Positions 37,887 through 47,773 of a DNA stretch of 64,000 nt are shown here, one piece after another. A model generated the notes under the pieces. The model was not told the origin of the DNA. It searched no databases and saw only the letters and a program-made list of their open reading frames with translations. The stretch spans positions 5,995 through 69,994 of the forward strand of contig JAABUD010000253.1 of assembly GCA_011389555.1 (NCBI GenBank), read 5' to 3'. The stretch's first letter is position 1; each line of letters opens with the position of its first letter. Source of the DNA: Desulfotignum sp. GTDB lineage: Bacteria; Desulfobacterota; Desulfobacteria; Desulfobacterales; Desulfobacteraceae. The translations under genes and the position numbers were made by a program.

Positions 37887-38625
37887 ACACTTCCCTTCCC
37901 CTGATAAAGGCACGAACTTTTTCATTTTCACATGCCATGATTTCCTGTCTGGTTCCTTTGAAAACGATTTCTCCCTCATCTAAAAACGCGATCTGCTGGG
38001 CCAGATCGAAAATATCCGGAATATCATGGCTGACAATCACCGCAGTAAACCCGAGTTGTTTCTGAAACTCCTTGATCATCTGATGCACGTCATTTTTGCG
38101 CAACGGATCCAGACCGGTGGTGGGTTCGTCAAATAAAATCACTTCCGGATCCGTCACCAGGGCCCGGGCCAGGGCCACCCGTTTGCGCATGCCCCCGGAC
38201 AGCTCGGACGGATATGTATGGTCGATTCCCTCGATACTCAACTGGGTCATCCGGTCATGGACTTTTTCTCTGATTTGCGTATCCGTCATCCGGGTGGTTT
38301 CTGTCAGCGGCAACGCAATGTTATCGAATGCCGTCAGAAAATCAAACAACGCATTGTCCTGGAACATATAGCTCATGGATTTTTTAAGCTGTTTTGCCTG
38401 TTTTCGGGGAAGCCGGTTCAAAGGTTTTCCCGAAAACAGCACTTCGCCCGCGTCTTCCTGGATCAGGCCGATGACATGTTTGAGCAGAACCGATTTTCCG
38501 GTACCGCTTTTGCCGATCACAACCGTCACGGTTCCCTTGTCTATGGTCAGGTTGACGTCTTTGAGGACGTCCAGGGTCCCGAACCGTTTTCCGACATGTT
38601 TGAATTCAATAAAAGGTTGGGTCAT
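37867..38625 (-). CDS. mlaF: MlaF-like ABC ATPase
   Basis: GKSGTGKS, FQDNALFD, LSGGMRKR, DEPTTGLDP. Confidence 0.9.
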   Translation of the reverse strand: MTQPFIEFKHVGKRFGTLDVLKDVNLTIDKGTVTVVIGKSGTGKSVLLKHVIGLIQEDAGEVLFSGKPLNRLPRKQAKQLKKSMSYMFQDNALFDFLTAFDNIALPLTETTRMTDTQIREKVHDRMTQLSIEGIDHTYPSELSGGMRKRVALARALVTDPEVILFDEPTTGLDPLRKNDVHQMIKEFQKQLGFTAVIVSHDIPDIFDLAQQIAFLDEGEIVFKGTRQEIMACENEKVRAFIRGREVYDRSKT

Positions 38626-38629
38626 TGGC

Positions 38630-39421
38630 TTATACCAGAAAAGAGGTGATCACATAATCCCAGATCAGGATCCAGATGCACGATTGCACCACGGCACGGG
38701 TGGTGGCCAAAGAGACCCCTTTGGCTCCGGTTTGCCCCTGGTTGTTCATATGGGCGTAATATCCCCGGTAACAGCAGATGGTGGTCACCACCAGGGCAAA
38801 TACCACCGATTTGATGAATCCGCCCCAGATGTCCATGACGCTGATGCTCTGGATCACCTTGTCCATGTAGACGGTCGGATTGATTCCCATTAACAGGGAA
38901 CCGGACAGAAATCCACCGAATATGCCCACCACATCAAAAAATGCCGTCAGCAAAGGAAAACTGATCAGTGCGGCCACCATCCTCGGGGTGAAAACAAACC
39001 GGACTGGATGGATCTGCATGGTAACCAGTGCATCGATCTGTTCGGACATGCGCATGACACCGATTTCAGCGGCCATGGCAGATCCGGCCCGGGCCGTGAT
39101 CATTATGGCGGTGAGAACCGGCCCCAGTTCCCGGATCAGACTCAATGCCACAGCCGATCCCAAAGCCGCTTCCGACCCGAAGCCCACCAGCGAGTAATAC
39201 CCCTGGAGCCCTAACACCATACCGGTAAACAGGCTGGTCAACAGGATCACAAACAAAGATTTGGCTCCGATGAACCAGATCTGATCCAGAATTTTTCCCA
39301 TCTGAAACGGATATACCGGGATCTGGCGGATACCGGCAAGAAAAAACCGGGTCAGACGGCCCGTGGCTTCGAAATGTCTGGAAAACACAGTGCCAATGGT
39401 CTGTATCAATCGCATGATCAT
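38630..39421 (-). CDS. mlaE: MlaE-family ABC permease
   Basis: RELGPVLTA, GSAMAAEIGVMRMSEQIDAL, GAKGVSLATTRAVV. Confidence 0.92.
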   Translation of the reverse strand: MIMRLIQTIGTVFSRHFEATGRLTRFFLAGIRQIPVYPFQMGKILDQIWFIGAKSLFVILLTSLFTGMVLGLQGYYSLVGFGSEAALGSAVALSLIRELGPVLTAIMITARAGSAMAAEIGVMRMSEQIDALVTMQIHPVRFVFTPRMVAALISFPLLTAFFDVVGIFGGFLSGSLLMGINPTVYMDKVIQSISVMDIWGGFIKSVVFALVVTTICCYRGYYAHMNNQGQTGAKGVSLATTRAVVQSCIWILIWDYVITSFLV

Positions 39422-39576
39422 AATCGTAAGACTTATACCCGAATCAACCGCAAAAAACAAGCAATTGAAAAAAGAGAAATATTGGATTGACACAAAAACC
39501 AAAAAACAATACCTATAAGGGTCAAACGAAAATACCATACAGTCGGAACCATTTTTTACCCTAAGAAAAAAATATT

Positions 39577-42500
39577 ATGAATGATACCATTGCGGGAATC
39601 GATGTCGGATCTGTCTCTGTCAGTATAGCGGTGATTGACGGAAACAAAACGCTTCTTCATAAAGCCAGTGCCTCTCACCAGGGGGATGTCAAGGCATGCC
39701 TCACCGAGTTGCTGTCCCATGAGGTGATGCAGTCGGTGACCCGTGTGGCGGTCACGGATGCCACGCCGGGATTTGTTTTCAGCCATGACCGGTATGATGA
39801 CCAGGTGGCGTTGATTCGGGCCGCCAAGTTCCTTTATGACCGCTCTTTTGATGCGTTGCTTCATGTGGGCGGTGAGAAATTTTCCTTGAGCCTGTTTGAC
39901 GCTGCCGGGAACTATACCGGGGCTAGGCACAACACCTCCTGTGCAGCGGGCACCGGCAGTTTTCTGGACCAGCAGGCCCGGCGCCTGAACCTGCAGGGCT
40001 CCCATGAAATCAGTGAATATGCCATGAACAACCGGCAGTCCCGGCCCGACATCGCCACCCGGTGTGCCGTGTTTGCCAAAACCGATTTGATTCATGCCCA
40101 GCAGGAAGGGTATAATATTGAACAGATCTGTGACGGGCTCTGCCACGGACTGGCCAAAAACATCGCCAACACCCTGTTCAAAGGAAAAATCTGTACCGGT
40201 ACCATCATTTTTTGCGGCGGGGTATCCCGGAACCGCTCGGTGACAAGATATCTGGAATCGTTGCTGGACCTGACACTGACCATCGATGACTGTGCGCAGG
40301 TCTACGGGGCTTTGGGAGCGGCCCTGTGTCTTTCGGATGAGATCCGAAACCCGATACCGGTTCCTGAAACGTTTGCCTCTCCCCGGGCGTTTTTCACCGA
40401 TACCGTTAAAAAAGACGACTACCGGTATCCCCCGTTATCCCTGAATTTGTCAAATTATCCGGATTTTTCCTGTCATGAGACCTATCTGGCGGACCCGGTG
40501 GAAGTGGAAATTTATACGGACCCTTCTCAAATGGATCTGTCTGCCTGTTTTCTGGGTCTGGATGTGGGATCCACCAGCACCAAGAGCATTCTGATCACCA
40601 AAGACCGGGTGCCCGTGATCGGGTGTTATACCAAAACCGCGTCCCGGCCGGTTCAGGCCGTGCAGACGATTTTCAAGGTCATGGAAAACTGGATCACCCG
40701 GAACCGGCTGGATGTGACCATCGCCGGATGCGGCACCACCGGGTCCGGCCGCCGGATCAGCAGCCGGGTGATCGGTGCGGATATCGAACCCGATGAGATC
40801 ACGGCCCATGCCACGGCGGCCGTGAACCTGAACCCGGATGTGGACACCATCATTGAAATCGGTGGTCAGGATGCCAAGTTCACCCTGCTCAAGCACGGCA
40901 GGGTCACGGCATCGGTGATGAACACCGTGTGTGCGGCCGGGACCGGCAGCTTTATTGAAGAACAGGCCGAAAAGCTCATGTGCCCGTTGTCTGAATATTC
41001 AGATCGGGCCGAAGGGATCAGCGCCCCGGTATCCAGTGACCGGTGCACGGTGTTCATGGAACGGGACATCAACTATTTTTTTGCCGAAGGCTATGACCAG
41101 CAGGAAATTCTGGCGTCCGTGCTGCATTCGGTGAGAGACAATTACCTGACCAAAGTGGCCACAGTGGGCAACATCGGCAACTGTATCCTGTTCCAGGGTG
41201 CCACGGCCCGAAACCGGGCCCTGGTGGCGGCGTTCGAACAAAAACTGCAAAAACCGATCCATGTGTCCCAGTTCTGCCATTTGACCGGTGCGCTGGGCGT
41301 CGCTCTGCTGGCCGCTGAACAGACCATTGAATCCACCACGTTCCAGGGGTTTGATCTGTGGAAAAAAACCATTCCCATCCGTCAGGAGGTGTGTCAGCTG
41401 TGCAGCAATCACTGCAAAATCACGGTTGCCGATGTGGACGGCCGGCCCCGGGCGTATGGGTTTTTGTGCGGTAGAGACTATGATACCCAAAAAATGGTTT
41501 CACCCGACACCCGGTACAGTATGAAACAAGCAAGAAAGCCGCCTTCCCGGCCGGTAACAGCGGGTGCCCCGGCACCGGATGCCCCGGTCATCGGTATTCC
41601 TGCCGCGCTTCACCTGTTTGAAGACCTGGTGTTCTGGGAACAGTTTTTTTCGTTGCTGGGCATTAAAACCGTGGTCAGCCGACAATTGAAACACCCGGTG
41701 TCGCTGGGCAAAACCGTGGCAAAGGCGGAATTCTGTGCCCCGGTCATGGCGTTGCACGGTCATGTGTCGCATCTTTTGAAAAAAGTGTCCCATGTGTTTC
41801 TGCCGTTTTATTTTGAAGAAAAATCAACTCAGAAAAAAATCCGGCGCCAGCATTGCTACTACACCCAGTTCATGCCTTCGGTCCTGGCCTGCCTGGATCT
41901 TGATGAATCAGACCGGCTGATCATGCCCACCATCAAATATCTGTACACCGGTTTTCACACCAAAATAGCGCTGTACCAGGCGTTAAAGCCGTTGATGCCC
42001 CAGGGTCCTGTCTCATTTTTCGATATTCATACCGCCTGGGACAGGGCCATGGAAGACCGAAAAAACGAACAAAAGCGGCTGGCCGCTCTTTTCCAAAACC
42101 GGACCCGGGAGATCAACGGCGTGAAAGTGCTGTTGCTGGGACGACCCTATACCGTGCTGCCCGATACCATGAACCATCACATTCCCCAGATTTTTGAGAA
42201 AATGGGAATCCAGACGTTTTTCCAGGACATGCTGGACACCTCGGAAATGGACCTTTCCCCCATCCGACCGCTGCTGGAGGAAATACACTGGAAATACGCG
42301 GCCCGCATTCTGGAATCCGCATATGCCGCCGCGCTGACCGAAGGCCTGTATCCGGTCTATATCACCTCTTTCAGATGTTCTCCGGATGCGTTCGGGGTGG
42401 ATTATTTCAAGCGGATCATGGAGCGAAGCAACAAACCCTATCTGGTGCTGGAACTGGATGAACATGACTCCAGTGTGGGGTATGAAACAAGAATCGAGGC

Positions 42501-43785
42501 GGCGGTGCGGGCGTTTACCAACCATTTTCAGGCAACTTCACGTCCGGCGGCCCGGCCCCTGGATTTTACCCCGCGGTTTTTTGACCGGCCCGGAGACAAA
42601 ACCATTATTTTCCCCAACTGGGATGCATTGACCGGTCAATTGATCGTGTCCACTTTCAAAAATGAAGGCCATCGGGCCCTGTTGATGGAAGAAACCCCTG
42701 AAACCCTGAAAAAAAGCCTGCTCACCAACACGGGCCAGTGTATTCCATTGAATGCACTGGCGGCCGGATTCATTCACACCGTCAACAAAAACCGCCTGAA
42801 TCCCGCCGATACCGTGCTGTGGCTCAACCGGTCGGATATTGCCTGCAACATCCGCCTGTATCCATATCATATTCAACAGATTTTCAAACAGGAAGGAAAC
42901 GGGTTTGAAAAATCCGGGATCTATTTGGGCGAACTGTCATTGTTTGATATCTCCTACAAAGCGTCCATCAATGCATATTTTGCATATATGTTCGGCGGAC
43001 TGCTGCGAAGCATCGGATGCAAAATCAGGCCCTATGAAATCACGCCCGGTGAAACCGACCGGGTGCTGTCCCGGGCCCTGGCTGTGATCGACCGGGCATT
43101 TGCCACAGGCGGATCCAAAGAGCAGGCACTGGCACAGGCCATTCCCCTGTTCCGGCAGATCAGGACCCGGGATATGGGTACCCGGCCCAAAGTGGCGATT
43201 TTCGGGGATCTGTATGTCAGAGACAATGAGGTGATGAACCAGGACCTGATCCATTATATCGAGGCCCACGGCGGTGAAGTGATTACCACCCCGTATTACA
43301 AATATGTCAAAATCATTGCCGGGTCCTATTTCAGAAAATGGTTCAAGGAAGGCAAGTATTTCAGCCTGATCTCCAACAAAGCGCTGCTGGTGGCCATGAA
43401 CACCATGGAAAAAAAATATTTTCCATATTTTGAACCCGTGCTCCGGGAATCGGATTTACAAGTGTCTGTTACATGTGACGATGTGCTGACCCGATACGGA
43501 ATTTTGCCGGAGCACACGGGCGAGTCCATGGACAATATCCTGAAAATCCATCATATCCTCCAGGACCATCCGGACATGGCCCTTCTGGTACAGGCCACCC
43601 CGGCCTTCTGCTGTCCCGGCCTGATCACCGAAGCCATGGCGGCCCGGCTGGAAGCCACCACCGGGGTGCCCATCGTCAGTATCACCTATGACGTATCCGG
43701 GGGAAACAAAAACAAGGTGATTGTCCCGTTCATCAAATATTTCAAACGCCGTGATCCCGCGTTTCCCCGCAAGGCCACCATTTGA
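39577..43785 (+). CDS. Large CoA-substrate-specific enzyme activase fusion (two BadF/BcrAD ATPase domains plus DUF2229-like and dehydratase-like regions)
   Basis: Two GxDVGS motifs, two CAAGTGSF motifs, RCAVF/RCTVF, CxxCxNxC linker, LGRPY, ELDEH...TRIEA. Confidence 0.85.
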   Translation: MNDTIAGIDVGSVSVSIAVIDGNKTLLHKASASHQGDVKACLTELLSHEVMQSVTRVAVTDATPGFVFSHDRYDDQVALIRAAKFLYDRSFDALLHVGGEKFSLSLFDAAGNYTGARHNTSCAAGTGSFLDQQARRLNLQGSHEISEYAMNNRQSRPDIATRCAVFAKTDLIHAQQEGYNIEQICDGLCHGLAKNIANTLFKGKICTGTIIFCGGVSRNRSVTRYLESLLDLTLTIDDCAQVYGALGAALCLSDEIRNPIPVPETFASPRAFFTDTVKKDDYRYPPLSLNLSNYPDFSCHETYLADPVEVEIYTDPSQMDLSACFLGLDVGSTSTKSILITKDRVPVIGCYTKTASRPVQAVQTIFKVMENWITRNRLDVTIAGCGTTGSGRRISSRVIGADIEPDEITAHATAAVNLNPDVDTIIEIGGQDAKFTLLKHGRVTASVMNTVCAAGTGSFIEEQAEKLMCPLSEYSDRAEGISAPVSSDRCTVFMERDINYFFAEGYDQQEILASVLHSVRDNYLTKVATVGNIGNCILFQGATARNRALVAAFEQKLQKPIHVSQFCHLTGALGVALLAAEQTIESTTFQGFDLWKKTIPIRQEVCQLCSNHCKITVADVDGRPRAYGFLCGRDYDTQKMVSPDTRYSMKQARKPPSRPVTAGAPAPDAPVIGIPAALHLFEDLVFWEQFFSLLGIKTVVSRQLKHPVSLGKTVAKAEFCAPVMALHGHVSHLLKKVSHVFLPFYFEEKSTQKKIRRQHCYYTQFMPSVLACLDLDESDRLIMPTIKYLYTGFHTKIALYQALKPLMPQGPVSFFDIHTAWDRAMEDRKNEQKRLAALFQNRTREINGVKVLLLGRPYTVLPDTMNHHIPQIFEKMGIQTFFQDMLDTSEMDLSPIRPLLEEIHWKYAARILESAYAAALTEGLYPVYITSFRCSPDAFGVDYFKRIMERSNKPYLVLELDEHDSSVGYETRIEAAVRAFTNHFQATSRPAARPLDFTPRFFDRPGDKTIIFPNWDALTGQLIVSTFKNEGHRALLMEETPETLKKSLLTNTGQCIPLNALAAGFIHTVNKNRLNPADTVLWLNRSDIACNIRLYPYHIQQIFKQEGNGFEKSGIYLGELSLFDISYKASINAYFAYMFGGLLRSIGCKIRPYEITPGETDRVLSRALAVIDRAFATGGSKEQALAQAIPLFRQIRTRDMGTRPKVAIFGDLYVRDNEVMNQDLIHYIEAHGGEVITTPYYKYVKIIAGSYFRKWFKEGKYFSLISNKALLVAMNTMEKKYFPYFEPVLRESDLQVSVTCDDVLTRYGILPEHTGESMDNILKIHHILQDHPDMALLVQATPAFCCPGLITEAMAARLEATTGVPIVSITYDVSGGNKNKVIVPFIKYFKRRDPAFPRKATI

Positions 43786-43803
43786 AACCGACGTACGTGA
43801 CAT

Positions 43804-46254
43804 TCAAGGGCCTGAACGATAGGCAACGACCGTATAATCGCGGCCCCTGGATGTGATGGTCACGGCACCGTGCTGGTCGGTTCGGAAAACCTGAATGTCC
43901 TGTTGCTGATACCGGTGGATGATATCTGCATGGGGAAACCGGTAGGGGTTGTTGAATCCGCAGGAGATGACCACGGTTTCCGGGGCCACCTGTTCGAGAA
44001 AACCCCGGGTGGACGAGGTCTTGCTGCCGTGATGGGGCGATAACAGAATTTTCGAAGACAGACGGCTGCCTGTGTTTCCGGCCAGCAGGCGCTCCCGCCC
44101 GGCCTGGATATCGCCGGGGAAACACATGGAAAATTCATCCCATATCAGTGTGAACACCAGGGAATTGTCATTGGCATCCCATTCAGTATCCGGGGACTGG
44201 CATTGAAAAAATGTCAGCCGGGTATGGTCCCAGGCCACCTGATCTTTTTCACAATCCGGAATGAACACCGGGATCTTTTTTTTGTCACACGCGGTCATGA
44301 TACGTTCAAACGCGGCATGGGGACTCGTATCCCTGTTTTTAACCAGCGTGCCCACCTGAAAATTTTCCAGGATAAACACCAGGCCGTTCATGTGGTCGGC
44401 ATCCGGATGGGTGAGGATGACCACATCCAGGGCGGTAATACCCTGATGCCACAAAAAAGGGGCCACCACGTACCGGCCCACATCAAATTGCGTGGCGCCT
44501 GAAAACCCGCCGCCATCCACCAGAATGGTCTTGTTTTCGATGGTTTGAATCAGTGCGGCATTTCCCTGGCCCACGTCCAGCACCGTGACGGTCATATGGT
44601 CCGGCGGCCCGGACCGTGTCATCATCCGGATCCCATAGATGCTTATGACGGCAACCATGACCGCGGCCATGAACGGTGTTGATTTCCTGCTGTACAATAC
44701 ACAGAAAACAGCGCCTAAAACCACATATGCCATGATGATATCAAACATGGACCAGGCCGGCAGATAAGACCAGGCAAAAGGCAGATCGATCAGCCAGGCT
44801 GCATACAGTGAACCCCATTCCACCAGCCGGGCCGCACCGGTCAAAAGCCAGGCTGACAGGCCAGGCATCAGGGGCCAGATCATCAGGCTCACCAGGCCGG
44901 CCGGCAGACAGATGAATCCGATGATCGGCACCAGGACCAGGTTGGCCGGAATCTGGACCCCAGACACCAGGTTGAAATACCCGGCAATCAAAGGAAACGT
45001 CCCCAGACCGGCCAGCAGGGTCACGCTGCTGATGGATATCACGAAACCAAAGGGTTTGGGCAAAGTGAGGGCCGGATATTTCTCCATCACCTTCATGCCG
45101 GCAATGATGAACAAAACCGCTGTAAACGACAATTGAAACGAGATGGAAAACAACGCGGCCGGGTCTGCCAGAAGAATGAGGATACCTGCACCGGCCAGCG
45201 TGTTGAAGGGATGCGTCTGTTTTTCGATCAAAAATGAAATCATGAAAATGGCGATCATGATGAACGCCCGCTGGGTGGACGGAGAAAACCCGGAAAAAAC
45301 CAGATACAGGGCCAGGGGCATCAGGGTCAGTATGCCTGCGATTTTCCGGGCCCTGGCAGAGATCAATAATCCCGGGAACACCGACAACACCCGGTAGAAA
45401 AAAAAGAAAAAAATCAGGCTGAGAATCCCCATATGCAACCCCGAGATCGCCAGAAGATGCGCCGTGCCGGCCTTGGCAAACTGATCTCGCAGCACCGGGG
45501 GCATGCCGTGTTTGATGCCTGTGACCAGTGCGGCCAGGACATGGGCCCCGTCCCGGTGATCCAGACGGGTCATGACAAATTCATAGAACCGGTTCCGGGT
45601 GTTTTCCAGTTGCCGGATTCCCCGGGTCCAGACAGACGGAGGTGAATCCGTGATTTGTTGAATTTTGCTCACATGGGTATGAACGGAACCGAAAATGCCC
45701 TGGCGCTTCAAAAAAGTGAGATAGTCGAATGCACCGGGATTGCCGAAATTCCGGATGGGACGGATGGGACCGGTAAACCGGATATGATCCTTGAATTGGA
45801 TGGGAACATCGGAAATTCCATACAAGTTCAAATAGATGCGCCCGATTGCATTCAAACGGCGTGGAACGCCGGATTCCTGTGGCACCTGGATTGTCCGGCA
45901 GTCCACTGTGATCCGGATTTTATGGGGATATTGCCTGGCAAAGGAGACCACCTGCCCGGTCAAAACGATGTCTCTCTGATTGTAGAAACCCGAGATATGG
46001 CCGGGCGGCAGCCGGGGAGAATGAATCAGGACACTCTGATATCCCGACCAGATGCCGGCTCCCAGACACAAACCGATAATGATCGCTTTTTTACCGGCAC
46101 CCCATACAACGCACACGAGCAGTGACACCGCCAGAATCATCACGGTCCAGACCGGATGGGGCAAACAGGACACACTGCCGGCAAGAATCCCGGTCATCAT
46201 GGCCAGGATGATCGGGACCAGCGGCGGAATGAACGGTTGTGACAAAAGTCTCAC
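43804..46254 (-). CDS. comEC: DNA internalization competence protein ComEC/Rec2
   Basis: NPGAFDY, HLLAISGLH, SFQLSF, MBL domain DVGQG, THPDADHMNG, PHHGS, RTDQHG. Confidence 0.95.
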   Translation of the reverse strand: MRLLSQPFIPPLVPIILAMMTGILAGSVSCLPHPVWTVMILAVSLLVCVVWGAGKKAIIIGLCLGAGIWSGYQSVLIHSPRLPPGHISGFYNQRDIVLTGQVVSFARQYPHKIRITVDCRTIQVPQESGVPRRLNAIGRIYLNLYGISDVPIQFKDHIRFTGPIRPIRNFGNPGAFDYLTFLKRQGIFGSVHTHVSKIQQITDSPPSVWTRGIRQLENTRNRFYEFVMTRLDHRDGAHVLAALVTGIKHGMPPVLRDQFAKAGTAHLLAISGLHMGILSLIFFFFFYRVLSVFPGLLISARARKIAGILTLMPLALYLVFSGFSPSTQRAFIMIAIFMISFLIEKQTHPFNTLAGAGILILLADPAALFSISFQLSFTAVLFIIAGMKVMEKYPALTLPKPFGFVISISSVTLLAGLGTFPLIAGYFNLVSGVQIPANLVLVPIIGFICLPAGLVSLMIWPLMPGLSAWLLTGAARLVEWGSLYAAWLIDLPFAWSYLPAWSMFDIIMAYVVLGAVFCVLYSRKSTPFMAAVMVAVISIYGIRMMTRSGPPDHMTVTVLDVGQGNAALIQTIENKTILVDGGGFSGATQFDVGRYVVAPFLWHQGITALDVVILTHPDADHMNGLVFILENFQVGTLVKNRDTSPHAAFERIMTACDKKKIPVFIPDCEKDQVAWDHTRLTFFQCQSPDTEWDANDNSLVFTLIWDEFSMCFPGDIQAGRERLLAGNTGSRLSSKILLSPHHGSKTSSTRGFLEQVAPETVVISCGFNNPYRFPHADIIHRYQQQDIQVFRTDQHGAVTITSRGRDYTVVAYRSGP

Positions 46255-46286
46255 ATGCGCGTATATCCTGATTCAAGGTCGATGTT

Positions 46287-47540
46287 TTATTTGATCCGCC
46301 GGATATTCGCCCCCAGTGCGGAAAATTTGTCCTCCATGGCTTCATATCCCCGATCCATGTGATACACACGGGAGATCACCGTGGTGCCCTTTGCCATGAG
46401 CCCGGCAATCACAAGGGACGCACTGGCCCGCAGATCCGAAGCCATCACGGGTGCGGCCTGAAGTTCGGGCACACCTCTGACCACGGCCAGATTGACTTTG
46501 GGAAGGGAGATATCCGCGCCCATGCGCATCAGTTCATTGGCATGGATGAACCGGTTTTCAAAAATGGATTCATGGATCATGCTGGAGCCCCGGGCCGTGC
46601 TCATCAAGGCCATGAACTGGGCCTGCATATCCGTGGGAAACCCGGGATACGGCAATGTCTGAATATCCACACTTTGGACGGTCTCCCCTCCCCTGACCCG
46701 AATTTCACCGGGCTGAGTGTCGATCCGGGCCCCGGCTGCTTTGAGCTTGCTGCTCACCCCGCCGATATGCTCGGGATTGCCTCCCAGGATGCACACATCC
46801 CCTTGGGTGGCAGCCGCCGCCACCATAAAGGTGCCGGTTTCGATCCGGTCGGGAATCACGGTGACCGTTGCCGGCAGAAGTTTGTCCACGCCGTCGATGG
46901 TGATGATGGGAGATCCGGCCCCGGAAATCCTGGCCCCCATCTCGTTGAGGGCATCGGCCAGGCAGATGATTTCCGGTTCCCGGGCCGCGTTTCGAAGCAC
47001 GGTCTGACCCGTGGCCAGCACCGCCGCCATCATCAGATTTTCCGTGCCCGTGACCGTGGGATTGTCAAAATAGATCTCACTGCCGGTCAGTTTGTCCGCC
47101 CGGGCCTCGATATACCCATGATCGATGTGAATGTCAGCCCCCAAAGCTTCCAGTCCGGACAGGTGCATGTTCACGGGCCGGGCACCGATGGCGCACCCGC
47201 CGGGCATGGACACCTTGGCATGACCGAACCGGGCCACCAGCGGCCCCAGCACCAGGATGGAGGCCCGCATTTTGCGCACCAGGTCATATTCCGCCTCGAT
47301 CTTGTGGATGCCGGACCCATCCACAGTCATGACATGCTCATCAAGAGAACAGGTTGCCCCCAGATCTTCCAGCAACCGCTTGATGCTCTCGATGTCCATC
47401 AGGTGAGGCACATTGTGAAATTCACAGGTGCCGTCCACCAGGATGGCAGATGCAATCAGCGGCAGCGCCGCATTCTTGGCCCCGGAAATGGTGACCTTGC
47501 CTTCCAGTTTTCTGCCGCCGATGATCTGAATTTTATCCAT
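46287..47540 (-). CDS. murA: UDP-N-acetylglucosamine 1-carboxyvinyltransferase
   Basis: GAKNAALP, MRAS, PGGCAIGARP, YPGFPTDMQ, DLRAS. Start taken at MDKIQ. Confidence 0.97.
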   Translation of the reverse strand: MDKIQIIGGRKLEGKVTISGAKNAALPLIASAILVDGTCEFHNVPHLMDIESIKRLLEDLGATCSLDEHVMTVDGSGIHKIEAEYDLVRKMRASILVLGPLVARFGHAKVSMPGGCAIGARPVNMHLSGLEALGADIHIDHGYIEARADKLTGSEIYFDNPTVTGTENLMMAAVLATGQTVLRNAAREPEIICLADALNEMGARISGAGSPIITIDGVDKLLPATVTVIPDRIETGTFMVAAAATQGDVCILGGNPEHIGGVSSKLKAAGARIDTQPGEIRVRGGETVQSVDIQTLPYPGFPTDMQAQFMALMSTARGSSMIHESIFENRFIHANELMRMGADISLPKVNLAVVRGVPELQAAPVMASDLRASASLVIAGLMAKGTTVISRVYHMDRGYEAMEDKFSALGANIRRIK

Positions 47541-47773
47541 GTTTTTTTTATCGTCTTTCAAAGGGGGTTGATATCAATAGTACAGAAGGTTTTTTAAATT
47601 CAAACCAGCCAAAACATATCAGGACCCTCCCGGCAAATCAACTGAAAACCACGGATCCCCACATGAAAACCCAAGTCGGACAACCCCAAATTCGAAAAAC
47701 CACCCTGTTCCAATGTAATTAATCGTATAATATATTGAATCCAAACAAAATTTGAGACTTGGTTATCAACAAC

